From positions 28,525 through 92,524 of IMG/VR virus record IMGVR_UViG_3300030330_004405: 64,000 nucleotides of DNA; one strand, written 5' to 3'. This stretch comes from a virus. Its lineage: Duplodnaviria > Caudoviricetes. A model generated the notes under the pieces. It saw only the letters and a program-made list of their open reading frames with translations. It did not search any database and was not told the origin of the DNA. Position numbers and translations under genes: made by a program. Numbering within the stretch: position 1 is the stretch's first letter; each line of letters opens with the position of its first letter. Below are positions 49,509 through 58,324 of the stretch, one piece after another.

Positions 49509-50291
49509 ATGATTCGTTTTCTAGAATTTTTAAAAAAGTTTTCCTACAAAGCAATTAAATGGTCCTTAACTTTTTCGATTATTGCGCTCGCTGCGTACAG
49601 TTCTTTTGTTGACAACAGCTTACGGACCACAGAAGCTACCATAGAGCAGAATATATCTGATTTCCATTCTGCTTCGCACAAGAAAGCAATAAAAAAGTCC
49701 AGAGACAGCGCAGTAAGATTGATTTCAATAGATATACCCAGTGGTGGTGTCTCTACGTTCTCTGGCACATATATTAAGTCCTACGGCAGCTATTTTGTAG
49801 TCACCGTTGCTCACGGAATGGTCGGAGATTGCGACAGCACAAAAGTAGTACATGACCAGCGGCTATATGACTGTATAAAAATCATAGACATTAGCATCGA
49901 AAATGATTACGCAATAATCCAAGTTGAGGAGATACACGCGCGCGATGCTGTTGACATAGAACGCGATTTACCAAAAAGAAAACAATGGGAAAAAGTATAC
50001 TCTCTACTTAATAAAGTAGTTTACACTGGATTTCCAAATAGCCTAGGTCCACTCTCCATTGGTGGAAGTGTAGCTGGCAGTAGCGGAAACCAGTTTATCT
50101 ATCTACATTCTTATGCATGGGAAGGCTCTTCGGGGTCTGGTGTCTTTGATTATAAAGGAAAATATATTGGACACGTTGTCGCTATTGATGTAGGGCATAC
50201 TGAATTTGGTGTTCAGGTGCTAAATAATGTAGTGTTGGTTGTCCCGTCTTTTAAAGTTGATTGGACAAAAACTATCACGGAGGCTGAATAA
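49509..50291 (+). CDS. Membrane-anchored trypsin-like serine protease
   Basis: N-terminal TM; TVAHG, NDYAI, GSSGSG. Confidence 0.8.
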   Translation: MIRFLEFLKKFSYKAIKWSLTFSIIALAAYSSFVDNSLRTTEATIEQNISDFHSASHKKAIKKSRDSAVRLISIDIPSGGVSTFSGTYIKSYGSYFVVTVAHGMVGDCDSTKVVHDQRLYDCIKIIDISIENDYAIIQVEEIHARDAVDIERDLPKRKQWEKVYSLLNKVVYTGFPNSLGPLSIGGSVAGSSGNQFIYLHSYAWEGSSGSGVFDYKGKYIGHVVAIDVGHTEFGVQVLNNVVLVVPSFKVDWTKTITEAE

Positions 50292-50464
50292 TGAAAACTA
50301 AAATAAACAAAGTGTCTTTTGATTTGCTGCTTGAAAAATTAGGCAAATTAGAGGAACAAGTAAAACTATTAAAAACAGAGCTTAAAAATGTTGGCGCTTT
50401 GTGCAATACTCTCTCTGAGGCACAACAAAATGATACCGACGTCGAGATTAAAGCTGATGACTGA
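50291..50464 (+). CDS. Small coiled-coil protein (57 aa, not in ORF track)
   Basis: TAATG coupling; MKTKINKVSFDLLLEKLGKLEEQVK... Confidence 0.55.
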   Translation: MKTKINKVSFDLLLEKLGKLEEQVKLLKTELKNVGALCNTLSEAQQNDTDVEIKADD

Positions 50465-50804
50465 TGTAGATGATAATATAGAGATAGCCGAGCTAGTGAC
50501 AACTGATTTGGCTGATTTAAAACCAAAAAAGCCAACTAATCGAGCACCACAAGGAATTAGAACCTTTACCGTTTGCAGACAACACGACGAGTCCGGTGTT
50601 TCAGGCGAGGGTGTTGTCATTGAAGGTGCTACGTTCGCTACAGGTCACACCGTCATACACTGGCTAACACCTGCTCCAAGAGGCTCAATTGCTTTTTTTG
50701 ATGCCTTTGATGATTTCTTAAAAATACACATCAAGCCGCACCCAACAAATAAGACAATTATTACGTTTGAAGACGGCGAGCAGACTATTTATGATGGAGG
50801 ATAA
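50457..50804 (+). CDS. Conserved phage hypothetical protein
   Basis: RQHDESGVSGEGVVIEG..F..G..VIHW. Confidence 0.6.
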   Translation: MTDVDDNIEIAELVTTDLADLKPKKPTNRAPQGIRTFTVCRQHDESGVSGEGVVIEGATFATGHTVIHWLTPAPRGSIAFFDAFDDFLKIHIKPHPTNKTIITFEDGEQTIYDGG

Positions 50805-50807
50805 GCT

Positions 50808-51875
50808 ATGACTTATAAATTTATGGTTCGCGGATATAACCCGCCCGCGGGAGCCGATTATTGGGTCGTCGGTTTCGATGCAGGTCCGGGTGACATCGGA
50901 TACGCCGCAGATGGCGATAGAACATCGTGGACAATGTACGATAGAGTATCTGGAAACGGTAACGTCTGGGATCTGGCGTATGGTAAGGATGGTAGCGGAA
51001 ATGGAATTTATGTGTCCAGTAACGGCTCCAGTAGCGGAGAGCTTACAGTTAGTTCTGATGACATTACAGACGGCGCCTTATGGACTAAAAAGAACCTTCC
51101 AGGGTCTCTCAGCGATGGCAACAGATTCCATGCAATTTGCTGGGGTAATGATTCAAGTAGTTCCACGTCGGGAGTTTGGTTGGCCGGTGCACAGAACGGT
51201 AAAGTATTCCGTAGCACCAATGGGGCATCTTCATTCAGCCAAGTTACCATACCAAATCAAAGCAATGATGTTATTTACTCAATTGCCGGAAACGGAAGCG
51301 GCAAGTTTGTGACCGGACAAGAGAACAGATTACTAGTAAGCACAGATGACGGAGCAAACTGGTCGTCCTCTACGCCATTCACTGCTGAGACTATAAACGG
51401 TGTTGCATATACAAATTCTACGTGGATTGTAACATATACCAAGAGCGGCGAAAGCAATCTGTTTGCCAGAACTGCTGCTGACTCAGATTTAACAACGTGG
51501 AGTAGTGAGGTTGATCTCGGGATTGCGAAGCCCGATAGCAATGACGGCTCGCATGATCCAAGAGCGCGCGCTAACATTGCTGCATCAGAAGGGAGAGTTG
51601 TGATAGTTCCAAACAAAAGAGCTGCAATTGCGAGACTTGATATTAATGGAACGACAACAAGTAACTTGGCCAACCCAACGTACAGCGGACCCCTTATACG
51701 CGATATTACCACCGATGGTTCTACATGGATGATCGTCACTAATGGCGGCGACATTTATGAGAGCACGAACAATGGCGGGACATTTACTGAAACAGTTGAT
51801 GACATCTTTGCTGGCACTGGGAACAGCGGCACAGACATACACGCTGTTGCTGCCAGTATGCATTTACCTTTGTAG
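50808..51875 (+). CDS. BNR/Asp-box beta-propeller protein, probably virion-associated
   Basis: Repeats RSTNGASSF, STDDGANW, STNNGGTF; ACTATTTA upstream. Confidence 0.65.
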   Translation: MTYKFMVRGYNPPAGADYWVVGFDAGPGDIGYAADGDRTSWTMYDRVSGNGNVWDLAYGKDGSGNGIYVSSNGSSSGELTVSSDDITDGALWTKKNLPGSLSDGNRFHAICWGNDSSSSTSGVWLAGAQNGKVFRSTNGASSFSQVTIPNQSNDVIYSIAGNGSGKFVTGQENRLLVSTDDGANWSSSTPFTAETINGVAYTNSTWIVTYTKSGESNLFARTAADSDLTTWSSEVDLGIAKPDSNDGSHDPRARANIAASEGRVVIVPNKRAAIARLDINGTTTSNLANPTYSGPLIRDITTDGSTWMIVTNGGDIYESTNNGGTFTETVDDIFAGTGNSGTDIHAVAASMHLPL

Positions 51876-51885
51876 GAGTCAAATT

Positions 51886-52566
51886 ATGAGTTATAAATTT
51901 TCATTAGGCGAAAGAACTTTCGACGATATAACCGCCGAAGTTGACGCGCAAGCAAACACCAAAATTGATTTTGAAGAAGACTACATTGGCTTAGTTACAG
52001 GCGGCAGCAGCACGCTAGTGGTTTCTGGTTCAAGGGTAGGCATTGGAACCGATAGCCCAGACGCTCATTTGAGTATCGACGGCACGCAGCCTAAAATTAA
52101 GTTTACTGAGAGCGGACAAAACAGAGCAGAGATCTTCATCAATGACTCAGACAACTTAAAGATTGTAAACCGCGCAAGCAATAAACATATGGTTTTTGAG
52201 ATTAGTGATGCTGGAACACTAAGAGAAGGTATCAGGCTGCGCGCTGTGTCCAATATCCAAGGTTCCTCTGGACCAGAGGTAGTTATCAACGATGGTTCAA
52301 CATCACTGATGGACTTCCGAGTGGAGTCTGATAACAGCACGCATATGATTTATGTAGATGGTGCCAACGATAAGGTCGGGATCAACAATAAAGATCCCCA
52401 AACGGCTCTTGATGTTGACGCCGATGCAATCAGGCTCAGAATCGACAACACTCCATCCAGCGCCACCGACTTCGGACACAAGGGCGAAATCAGATGGGAC
52501 GCAAACTATATCTACATTTGTGTAGCAACCGACACTTGGAAGAGAGTGGCATTATCCTCTTGGTAG
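51886..52566 (+). CDS. Tail fibre/decoration-like protein
   Basis: VGIGTDSP and VGINNKDP repeats; C-terminal GEIRWDANYIYICVATDTWKRVAL. Confidence 0.65.
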   Translation: MSYKFSLGERTFDDITAEVDAQANTKIDFEEDYIGLVTGGSSTLVVSGSRVGIGTDSPDAHLSIDGTQPKIKFTESGQNRAEIFINDSDNLKIVNRASNKHMVFEISDAGTLREGIRLRAVSNIQGSSGPEVVINDGSTSLMDFRVESDNSTHMIYVDGANDKVGINNKDPQTALDVDADAIRLRIDNTPSSATDFGHKGEIRWDANYIYICVATDTWKRVALSSW

Positions 52567-52578
52567 ACTAATTATAAT

Positions 52579-53526
52579 ATGGATAAATGGTTTAGATTTT
52601 TAAATGAAACTCGCTCGTCTCCCGCGGGCATTAGGCGCTCTATCAAAACTTTAACAGATATGGGTGGCAATACTGGCGGTAACCCGACTGGCTACAAGCG
52701 TATGGATGATCCGCTTCAAGGCAAGAAAAAGAAGAGTGACATATCTGCACCTCCCGGCGCTCCAGGCGGTGGCATTGGTCCCGCGCTTGAAGAAGAGGTG
52801 GGAGCAGACAGTTTCAGAATCAACGACGAATTAGAGCCGCGTATCTGGGATGGCATGAAAATGAAGGAAGAAATCCGCGAGCCTATGTTAAAGATCGCGA
52901 GGAACTTCATCGAAGGTTTGCCGATTGACGTTAAAGTTGAGGATATTACATTAACCGGCTCACTAGCGAACTACAACTGGTCTAGCTACTCAGACGTGGA
53001 CCTTCACATTATTGTTGACTTCTCTAAGATTGATGAGAACTATGATTTGGTTAAGGGCTTCTTTGACAACGCTCGCGCCCGCTGGAACGATAAGCACAAT
53101 ATTACACTAAAAGGCTATGATGTTGAGATCTATGTCGAGAACGTGGGCGAGGGTCATAAGTCATCGGGCGTATACTCGGTGATGGACGATAGGTGGAACA
53201 TTGAACCCGATAAGTATGACGACTCAATTGACTTTGAGTCTGCGAGAAGAAAGGCAGATGAGATTGAAGGTCGCGTAAACCGCACGAACAATCTTTTGTT
53301 GGCTGGTGATTATCAAAAAGCCTTGAGAGCAATTGACAAACTTAAAAGAAAGATTCGCAACATGCGTCGTGCTGGACTGGAAAGCAAAAAACAAGAGTTC
53401 TCAGTTGAAAATATAGCCTTTAAAATCTTAAGAAGGAATGGTATATTAGACAGGCTCGATGACCTAAAGACCGACGCTTATGACTTTATGGTTGGAATCG
53501 ACGAGGTGAACAATGAAATTTACTGA
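52579..53526 (+). CDS. Pol-beta-superfamily nucleotidyltransferase
   Basis: LTGSLANYNWSSYSDVDLH...VEIYVE; ACTAATTA 5 nt upstream; WFRFLNE N-terminus. Confidence 0.75.
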   Translation: MDKWFRFLNETRSSPAGIRRSIKTLTDMGGNTGGNPTGYKRMDDPLQGKKKKSDISAPPGAPGGGIGPALEEEVGADSFRINDELEPRIWDGMKMKEEIREPMLKIARNFIEGLPIDVKVEDITLTGSLANYNWSSYSDVDLHIIVDFSKIDENYDLVKGFFDNARARWNDKHNITLKGYDVEIYVENVGEGHKSSGVYSVMDDRWNIEPDKYDDSIDFESARRKADEIEGRVNRTNNLLLAGDYQKALRAIDKLKRKIRNMRRAGLESKKQEFSVENIAFKILRRNGILDRLDDLKTDAYDFMVGIDEVNNEIY

Positions 53527-53758
53527 CATCACAGAAGAAAGCAAAGTGTATCCCGGCGAATACGTCCTACACACCCCTACTTCTGCAATTGTTATGGTCG
53601 GTGCATTTAATAGAGATAACGACGTTATCCGTGCTTTTAGAGATGGACGACTTTTTGAAGACAAAATCAGTAACTTTAGTAAAATTGGTCTCGACACAAA
53701 AGAACAGAAGATCTTTCGGGATAAGACCTGTAAGAAGTGTAAGGGTGCACACAGATGA
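53513..53758 (+). CDS. Hypothetical protein
   Basis: RBS GAGG; C-terminal CKKC. Confidence 0.55.
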   Translation: MKFTDITEESKVYPGEYVLHTPTSAIVMVGAFNRDNDVIRAFRDGRLFEDKISNFSKIGLDTKEQKIFRDKTCKKCKGAHR

Positions 53759-54015
53759 TGGGGAAACTCCCTACGTGTGGACCGTTTCTTAGCGCGAGTG
53801 TGGCTATTGAACAATTTGGACAAAACCTATACCAAGCCAGTTTACTAGAAGAAGCGATTGATATGTACGCCGAGTATGAAAACAAGCTCAAGACCGCCTT
53901 AGATGATGACATGGACGAGACATACATCGAGTCTCTGAGGGCAGAGTCAGACTATTACGAACAGCTGTTTAAGTTTTCGCTGGCCAGTGTTTTACCGACC
54001 GGCGAAGTGTCATGA
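53755..54015 (+). CDS. Hypothetical protein
   Basis: ATGA overlaps. Confidence 0.5.
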   Translation: MMGKLPTCGPFLSASVAIEQFGQNLYQASLLEEAIDMYAEYENKLKTALDDDMDETYIESLRAESDYYEQLFKFSLASVLPTGEVS

Positions 54016-54275
54016 CAAAGATATATATCTATTGTTTGTTTGAGCGCGATGGCGCTTTGCAGGGTGTTTACTCATCTCTCAAAGCTGCCCATAGGGATGC
54101 CCTGAAGTTAGCTAATGTTGGCGGTCGTGGCGTCTATATTAATCACGATGATAAAATGGTCGCACCCAACTTGAGATTAATGAGAAAGATATTTGCTGGC
54201 GAGTTTGATGTCAAGGTTAGTTACTTCTCAGAAAACAGCGTTGTCAATGTTCTCAAGACGAAGTTAAAGGAATAA
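54012..54275 (+). CDS. Hypothetical protein
   Basis: GVYSSLKAA motif common in phage small proteins. Confidence 0.55.
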   Translation: MTKIYIYCLFERDGALQGVYSSLKAAHRDALKLANVGGRGVYINHDDKMVAPNLRLMRKIFAGEFDVKVSYFSENSVVNVLKTKLKE

Positions 54276-54276
54276 A

Positions 54277-54588
54277 ATGAGCGACTCGCGAGCTTTTGTT
54301 ATTTATGGTGTCTCCGATTGTCCCTCTTGCTTGATGGCATGTGCGGCTGCCATGGACTATTATCCGAAATGTGAGTATGTCTTCATTAACATGGACTTTG
54401 GGGAGTCATATCGGAACCAGATCAAACAAAAATATAATCACTACACGTACCCAATCATTATTTTTGCAGAAAATGGTTGCGAAACTCTCGTGGGAGGTTA
54501 TGATGAACTTGTAAGTTTTATAACCAACCACAGAAAATACGGGGATATTTCAGCTCCAATAGCCGATAAAAAGAAAGAGCCTGTCTGA
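54277..54588 (+). CDS. Glutaredoxin-like protein
   Basis: IYGVSDCPSC...TYPII...VGGYDEL. Confidence 0.8.
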   Translation: MSDSRAFVIYGVSDCPSCLMACAAAMDYYPKCEYVFINMDFGESYRNQIKQKYNHYTYPIIIFAENGCETLVGGYDELVSFITNHRKYGDISAPIADKKKEPV

Positions 54589-54625
54589 GCCATATAGATT
54601 GCACGTCGGTCGGCGTATATACTAT

Positions 54626-54859
54626 ATGGAGTATAAAAAAGGCACTTTGATCAAGTGGGTAGAATCTCACAGATCTTATGAGGCGAATGGAGATGTGCTT
54701 GTTGGTTTGGAGCCTATTTACAAATGTGGAATAGTGATGGAAATATCTAAACAAGATCCAAAATACATAGCAGTTGCCTCTTGTACCGACGGGCGCTGGT
54801 ATGTCGTAAACATTCTCCATGATAGCATTGAAGTATTAAGTGAGGTAAGAAATGGCTAA
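54626..54859 (+). CDS. MKVGDLV-related mini-protein
   Basis: KKGTLIKW...GIVME...IEVLSE. Confidence 0.55.
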   Translation: MEYKKGTLIKWVESHRSYEANGDVLVGLEPIYKCGIVMEISKQDPKYIAVASCTDGRWYVVNILHDSIEVLSEVRNG

Positions 54860-55157
54860 CATATTTTTTAACGGTGAGAAAATGGACAAACAGACTGCCA
54901 TTAACTCACTTACAGTGGAGATTTCAAACTACTATGATGGTAGATATGAAGTTAAGACTGGGTCGGATGACGGGGGCTCTGTGCTTGAGGTGTTTGTGGA
55001 GGTTCCAACTCCCTCTCTTTCTGTGTTGGATCAGTGCCCTGATTTCCCGTTGTTTGAGATTATTCCAAAGTGGGGTGGCTGGCGCTGTCAGGTTGTTAAG
55101 GTGCCTCCAGGCTATATTGACGCTATCGTGCTAGCAGCCGAGATTCCAGACTACTGA
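54852..55157 (+). CDS. Hypothetical protein
   Basis: RBS GAGG; overlaps the previous gene. Confidence 0.55.
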   Translation: MANIFFNGEKMDKQTAINSLTVEISNYYDGRYEVKTGSDDGGSVLEVFVEVPTPSLSVLDQCPDFPLFEIIPKWGGWRCQVVKVPPGYIDAIVLAAEIPDY

Positions 55158-55207
55158 CATTTAGCTGACATTTGTGGCTTGACTTCTAATAGCGTAGAGT
55201 ATATATT
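55155..55207 (+). promoter_or_regulatory. Sigma70 promoter with tandem 11-bp-spaced TGACA boxes
   Basis: TGACA 55155 and 55166; TTGACT 55179-17-TATATT. Same layout at 61830 and 63322; variants at 59969 and 60327. Confidence 0.7.
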
Positions 55208-55226
55208 ATAAGCATAGGAGGCAGCT

Positions 55227-55874
55227 ATGGAAAGCGAAATCAAAGAAGCTCTTTCAAGGTCGGTTTGTGGAGGATGGGATCGTGGATTCCTTGAATCTAT
55301 TCTTGAGCAAGTTGGTCGCGGTCGTAAGCTGTCCACGAAGCAAATCGAAACCGTCAACAAGGTGCTGGCACGTAACGATGAGTCATCTCAAGTTGTACAC
55401 GACCAGTGGGCTGATACATATGCTCTTGAGCACGCTGACAATGCCAAGTGTCTCGCTGTTTATTATGCGCGCACTGGATACTTCCGCGAGTTGTCCAGAG
55501 ATATTCTTGCGGGTGAGGTTCCCGATTATCGTGCCTACACCAAGATGAGCGGTAACAAGTATGCACAAAGAGTTTTGGAGACTCACAACGCTGCTCCTAA
55601 GTATGAGGTAGGCGCGCTTGTTGTTGCCAGAGCTAACTTCCAAAGTTCTAACGCTTATTTTGATCGTGAAGACACCACTCGCCTCCCGTGGGTCACTGTC
55701 AACGACGTGCTTAACAAGTTTAAGACGCGCGGAGGTTTCATTCTTGAGGTCACTAATATCGTCCGCTCCGCAGCCAAGGGTGCTAAAACATACAAGATTC
55801 TGCCGATCGGCGCAAGTAATCCCATTTTTGTTGAGGAGCGCCACTTCAAGTTACAAAAGAGAGTGCGCCGCTAA
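55227..55874 (+). CDS. Hypothetical early protein
   Basis: RBS AGGAGG; WDRGFLESI...LSTKQ; C-terminal KYEVGALV SH3-like segment. Confidence 0.65.
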   Translation: MESEIKEALSRSVCGGWDRGFLESILEQVGRGRKLSTKQIETVNKVLARNDESSQVVHDQWADTYALEHADNAKCLAVYYARTGYFRELSRDILAGEVPDYRAYTKMSGNKYAQRVLETHNAAPKYEVGALVVARANFQSSNAYFDREDTTRLPWVTVNDVLNKFKTRGGFILEVTNIVRSAAKGAKTYKILPIGASNPIFVEERHFKLQKRVRR

Positions 55875-55885
55875 CTATTTAATAT

Positions 55886-56122
55886 GTGCGGACTTTCGAC
55901 CCATATTTTAAGATAGGTGACTTTGTTAAGTGTTCTTATGATCGCTTCCCATATTTGTATGACTGGTATGAGGATGAAGAGATAGAATATGAGATTTATT
56001 ATGGTGTCGTTGTTTATGTTGATTCCGCACATCATGAATACTTGGACGACTATATTTATGAGGTTCTGTGTTTGGACGGACAGAAAAGATACTTCATCGA
56101 GCCCGAACTTTCTCGAATGTAA
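55886..56122 (+). CDS. MKVGDLV-related mini-protein
   Basis: FKIGDFVK...GVVV; ACTATTTA upstream. Confidence 0.55.
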   Translation: MRTFDPYFKIGDFVKCSYDRFPYLYDWYEDEEIEYEIYYGVVVYVDSAHHEYLDDYIYEVLCLDGQKRYFIEPELSRM

Positions 56123-56174
56123 TCATTGACAAATGACACCATTGTGTTATACTACTAGAAACATTAGGAGAAAC

Positions 56175-57350
56175 ATGTTTACTAGCTTACTACTTTCGCT
56201 GTGCCTTTCCGGCACTGCACACGCCGGATCGCTGAGTGCTTCGGACACATCTTATACAGGAGCGTCAATCTTGACGGGCGACATCGACGTGACGTTCGAG
56301 GACGTGATTGACATTAACGGAGAGGAAGGCACGTACCCGTATGCTTTCTTTGAGGGTAATACTCTGTACCTTGGTAACTCTGACATCCTTGACAACAGCA
56401 TTGATGCTATCGTCGAGTTCTTTTGGTTTGAGTCGTCCATCGACCGCGGCACCGATTTTTATGTTGCTGTGATTAAGACGCGCTCGACACCCGGAGACAA
56501 CTGCTACTATGCACCGTGGGATTGGGCACGGGGTTCAAACTGTAAGCTGTGGGCAGACGAGTGGAGTGACTTTGGTGAACATCCTGTTATCAGTGTTGAG
56601 GCGATGACCGATATTGAGCGAGAGCAAGGTGCTTTCCGATGGGACTGGTCCGTACCTTTTGAATCTTATGGGATCGATGCGTACAGCCAAGTCACGTTTG
56701 AGAACAAGTATGGCATTGGCTCCGACTCAGAAGGCGCAGCTATGATCCACGGAGAATACAAGCTGGACGAAGAAGGTTACGAAGTTGAAACAGAGGGAGA
56801 ACTTCAAGTCAAGGGCTATCACTCGTCAGAATATTCAGTTAACACACAGTACGAAGTCACGCTGTACGAGTGGGATGTGTATGTTGATGGTCGCGCAGAT
56901 TTGATGGCTTGGGATATGTACCTAAACCTGGGCGAGCGTGAGCGCCAGTCAGCATACCAAGAATATTTCCTGAGTATTCAAGTTGAAGAGGGCATGCCGT
57001 TTCGCATCGACAACTTAAACTTTCTCGCTAACTACGATATTGGTTGGTACGATCCGTTCCACTACGAACTTGGCGTGATGCTTAACGACGTTACGATTTC
57101 GCAGCCACTCTTTTTGCCACCTGAAGAAGAACCAGAGGGAGAGGAAGAGCGGGAAGAGAGAATCGTGCTTGAACAAGAGGACACGGGTGTTGAACATGAT
57201 ACTGGTGACGGAGATGAATCTGATACAGGTAAGATCAAGGCTACGTCCCCGAGCCCGAAGAATAGTGGATGCAACACCGTCGCTCGCGGGGGATTGTCGG
57301 CTGCGTTCTTGGCTGCTCTTTTGTTGGGTTTTCGCAGAAAAAACTCTTGA
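56175..57350 (+). CDS. Secreted acidic protein with a MYXO-CTERM-like C-terminal sorting signal
   Basis: Signal peptide ending TAHA; DTG-rich linker; SGCNTVARGGLSAAFLAALLLGFRRK; promoter TTGACA(56126)..TATACT. Confidence 0.7.
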   Translation: MFTSLLLSLCLSGTAHAGSLSASDTSYTGASILTGDIDVTFEDVIDINGEEGTYPYAFFEGNTLYLGNSDILDNSIDAIVEFFWFESSIDRGTDFYVAVIKTRSTPGDNCYYAPWDWARGSNCKLWADEWSDFGEHPVISVEAMTDIEREQGAFRWDWSVPFESYGIDAYSQVTFENKYGIGSDSEGAAMIHGEYKLDEEGYEVETEGELQVKGYHSSEYSVNTQYEVTLYEWDVYVDGRADLMAWDMYLNLGERERQSAYQEYFLSIQVEEGMPFRIDNLNFLANYDIGWYDPFHYELGVMLNDVTISQPLFLPPEEEPEGEEEREERIVLEQEDTGVEHDTGDGDESDTGKIKATSPSPKNSGCNTVARGGLSAAFLAALLLGFRRKNS

Positions 57351-57383
57351 CAGCCCACGCTGTAGCGGTTATAATCTAAGTAT

Positions 57384-57469
57384 GGCTGAATGGTGGAATT
57401 GGTATACACATCAGACTTAAAATCTGACGCCCTTTGGGCTTGCGGGTTCGAGTCCCGCTTCAGCTACCA
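57384..57469 (+). tRNA. tRNA-Leu(TAA)
   Basis: Acceptor GGCTGAA/TTCAGCT; TCAGA-CTTAAAA-TCTGA; variable arm; encoded CCA; TTGACA-17-TATAAT upstream. Confidence 0.95.
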
Positions 57470-57484
57470 TCTTTTACTTTTTGC

Positions 57485-57559
57485 GGGTTGTTAGCTCAAC
57501 GGTAGAGCACTTGGCTTTTAACCAATAGGTTCTGGGTTCGAATCCCAGACGACCCACCA
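57485..57559 (+). tRNA. tRNA-Lys(TTT)
   Basis: TTGG-CTTTTAA-CCAA; GGTTCGAATCC; CCA. Confidence 0.95.
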
Positions 57560-57564
57560 TTTCC

Positions 57565-57641
57565 GGGCTCTTAGCTCAGTTGGTCAGAGCACCCGGCTCA
57601 TAACCGGATGGTCCTGGGTTCGAGCCCCAGAGAGCCCACCA
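57565..57641 (+). tRNA. tRNA with CAT anticodon (probably Ile2; Met possible)
   Basis: CCGG-CTCATAA-CCGG; paired 1:72 and no GGG/CCC initiator stem; CCA. Confidence 0.9.
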
Positions 57642-57642
57642 C

Positions 57643-57719
57643 GGTCCCATCGTCTAGTCAGGTCAGGACACCGGGTTTTCATCCCGGCAACACGGGTTCG
57701 AATCCCGTTGGGACTACCA
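57643..57719 (+). tRNA. tRNA-Glu(TTC)
   Basis: CCGGG-TTTTCAT-CCCGG; CCA. Confidence 0.95.
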
Positions 57720-57734
57720 TTTACAGGAGGCACA

Positions 57735-57923
57735 ATGATTTACACAATCATCTATAAACTAAACAATCAGTTCAATACATTTACGTTTGCTACAAAGCAC
57801 GACAAGAAGGTTGCTTGGCGAGATTATGTTGAGAACTATGCGGAGAGTGGTGCAGAGCCAGTCGCCATGTATCCAGGCAATAACGTCATTTATTTTCAGA
57901 GAGATATTGATGAAACAAGCTAA
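57735..57923 (+). CDS. Hypothetical protein
   Basis: RBS AGGAGG after the tRNA cluster. Confidence 0.55.
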   Translation: MIYTIIYKLNNQFNTFTFATKHDKKVAWRDYVENYAESGAEPVAMYPGNNVIYFQRDIDETS

Positions 57924-58299
57924 GGTCAGAAGGCACACCGTTGGGTTCTTCCGCAATGACGCAGAGGTTCCGTTTATTAATCTTGAGATGTTTGAGACAA
58001 TCACAGCAGCTACCAGTATTCCACACTACTGGCGTGATAGTGAGGGCAAAGTATCTCAGTTCTGGCACAGCGGCGTTATCCCAAAAGGCACTGGCGTTGT
58101 GTGTACTCACCGCGAACGTGGAATGAAGCATACTTTCTGGACCGTCACTGATCCTGAAAGCGAACATATCGGCAAGGTGTTCATTGTCGGACATACGTTT
58201 AAGGATCGCAAGGAAGATGAGTTTGAGAAGTTTGAGTATTCCAACATCTCACCTACGCTAAAATATTCGATTTTGGCTGAAAAGCCATTGACAAAGTAA
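57910..58299 (+). CDS. Hypothetical protein
   Basis: Overlapping start; 129 aa. Confidence 0.55.
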   Translation: MKQAKVRRHTVGFFRNDAEVPFINLEMFETITAATSIPHYWRDSEGKVSQFWHSGVIPKGTGVVCTHRERGMKHTFWTVTDPESEHIGKVFIVGHTFKDRKEDEFEKFEYSNISPTLKYSILAEKPLTK

Positions 58300-58324
58300 T
58301 CGAGAGCGATTATAATATCTATAT

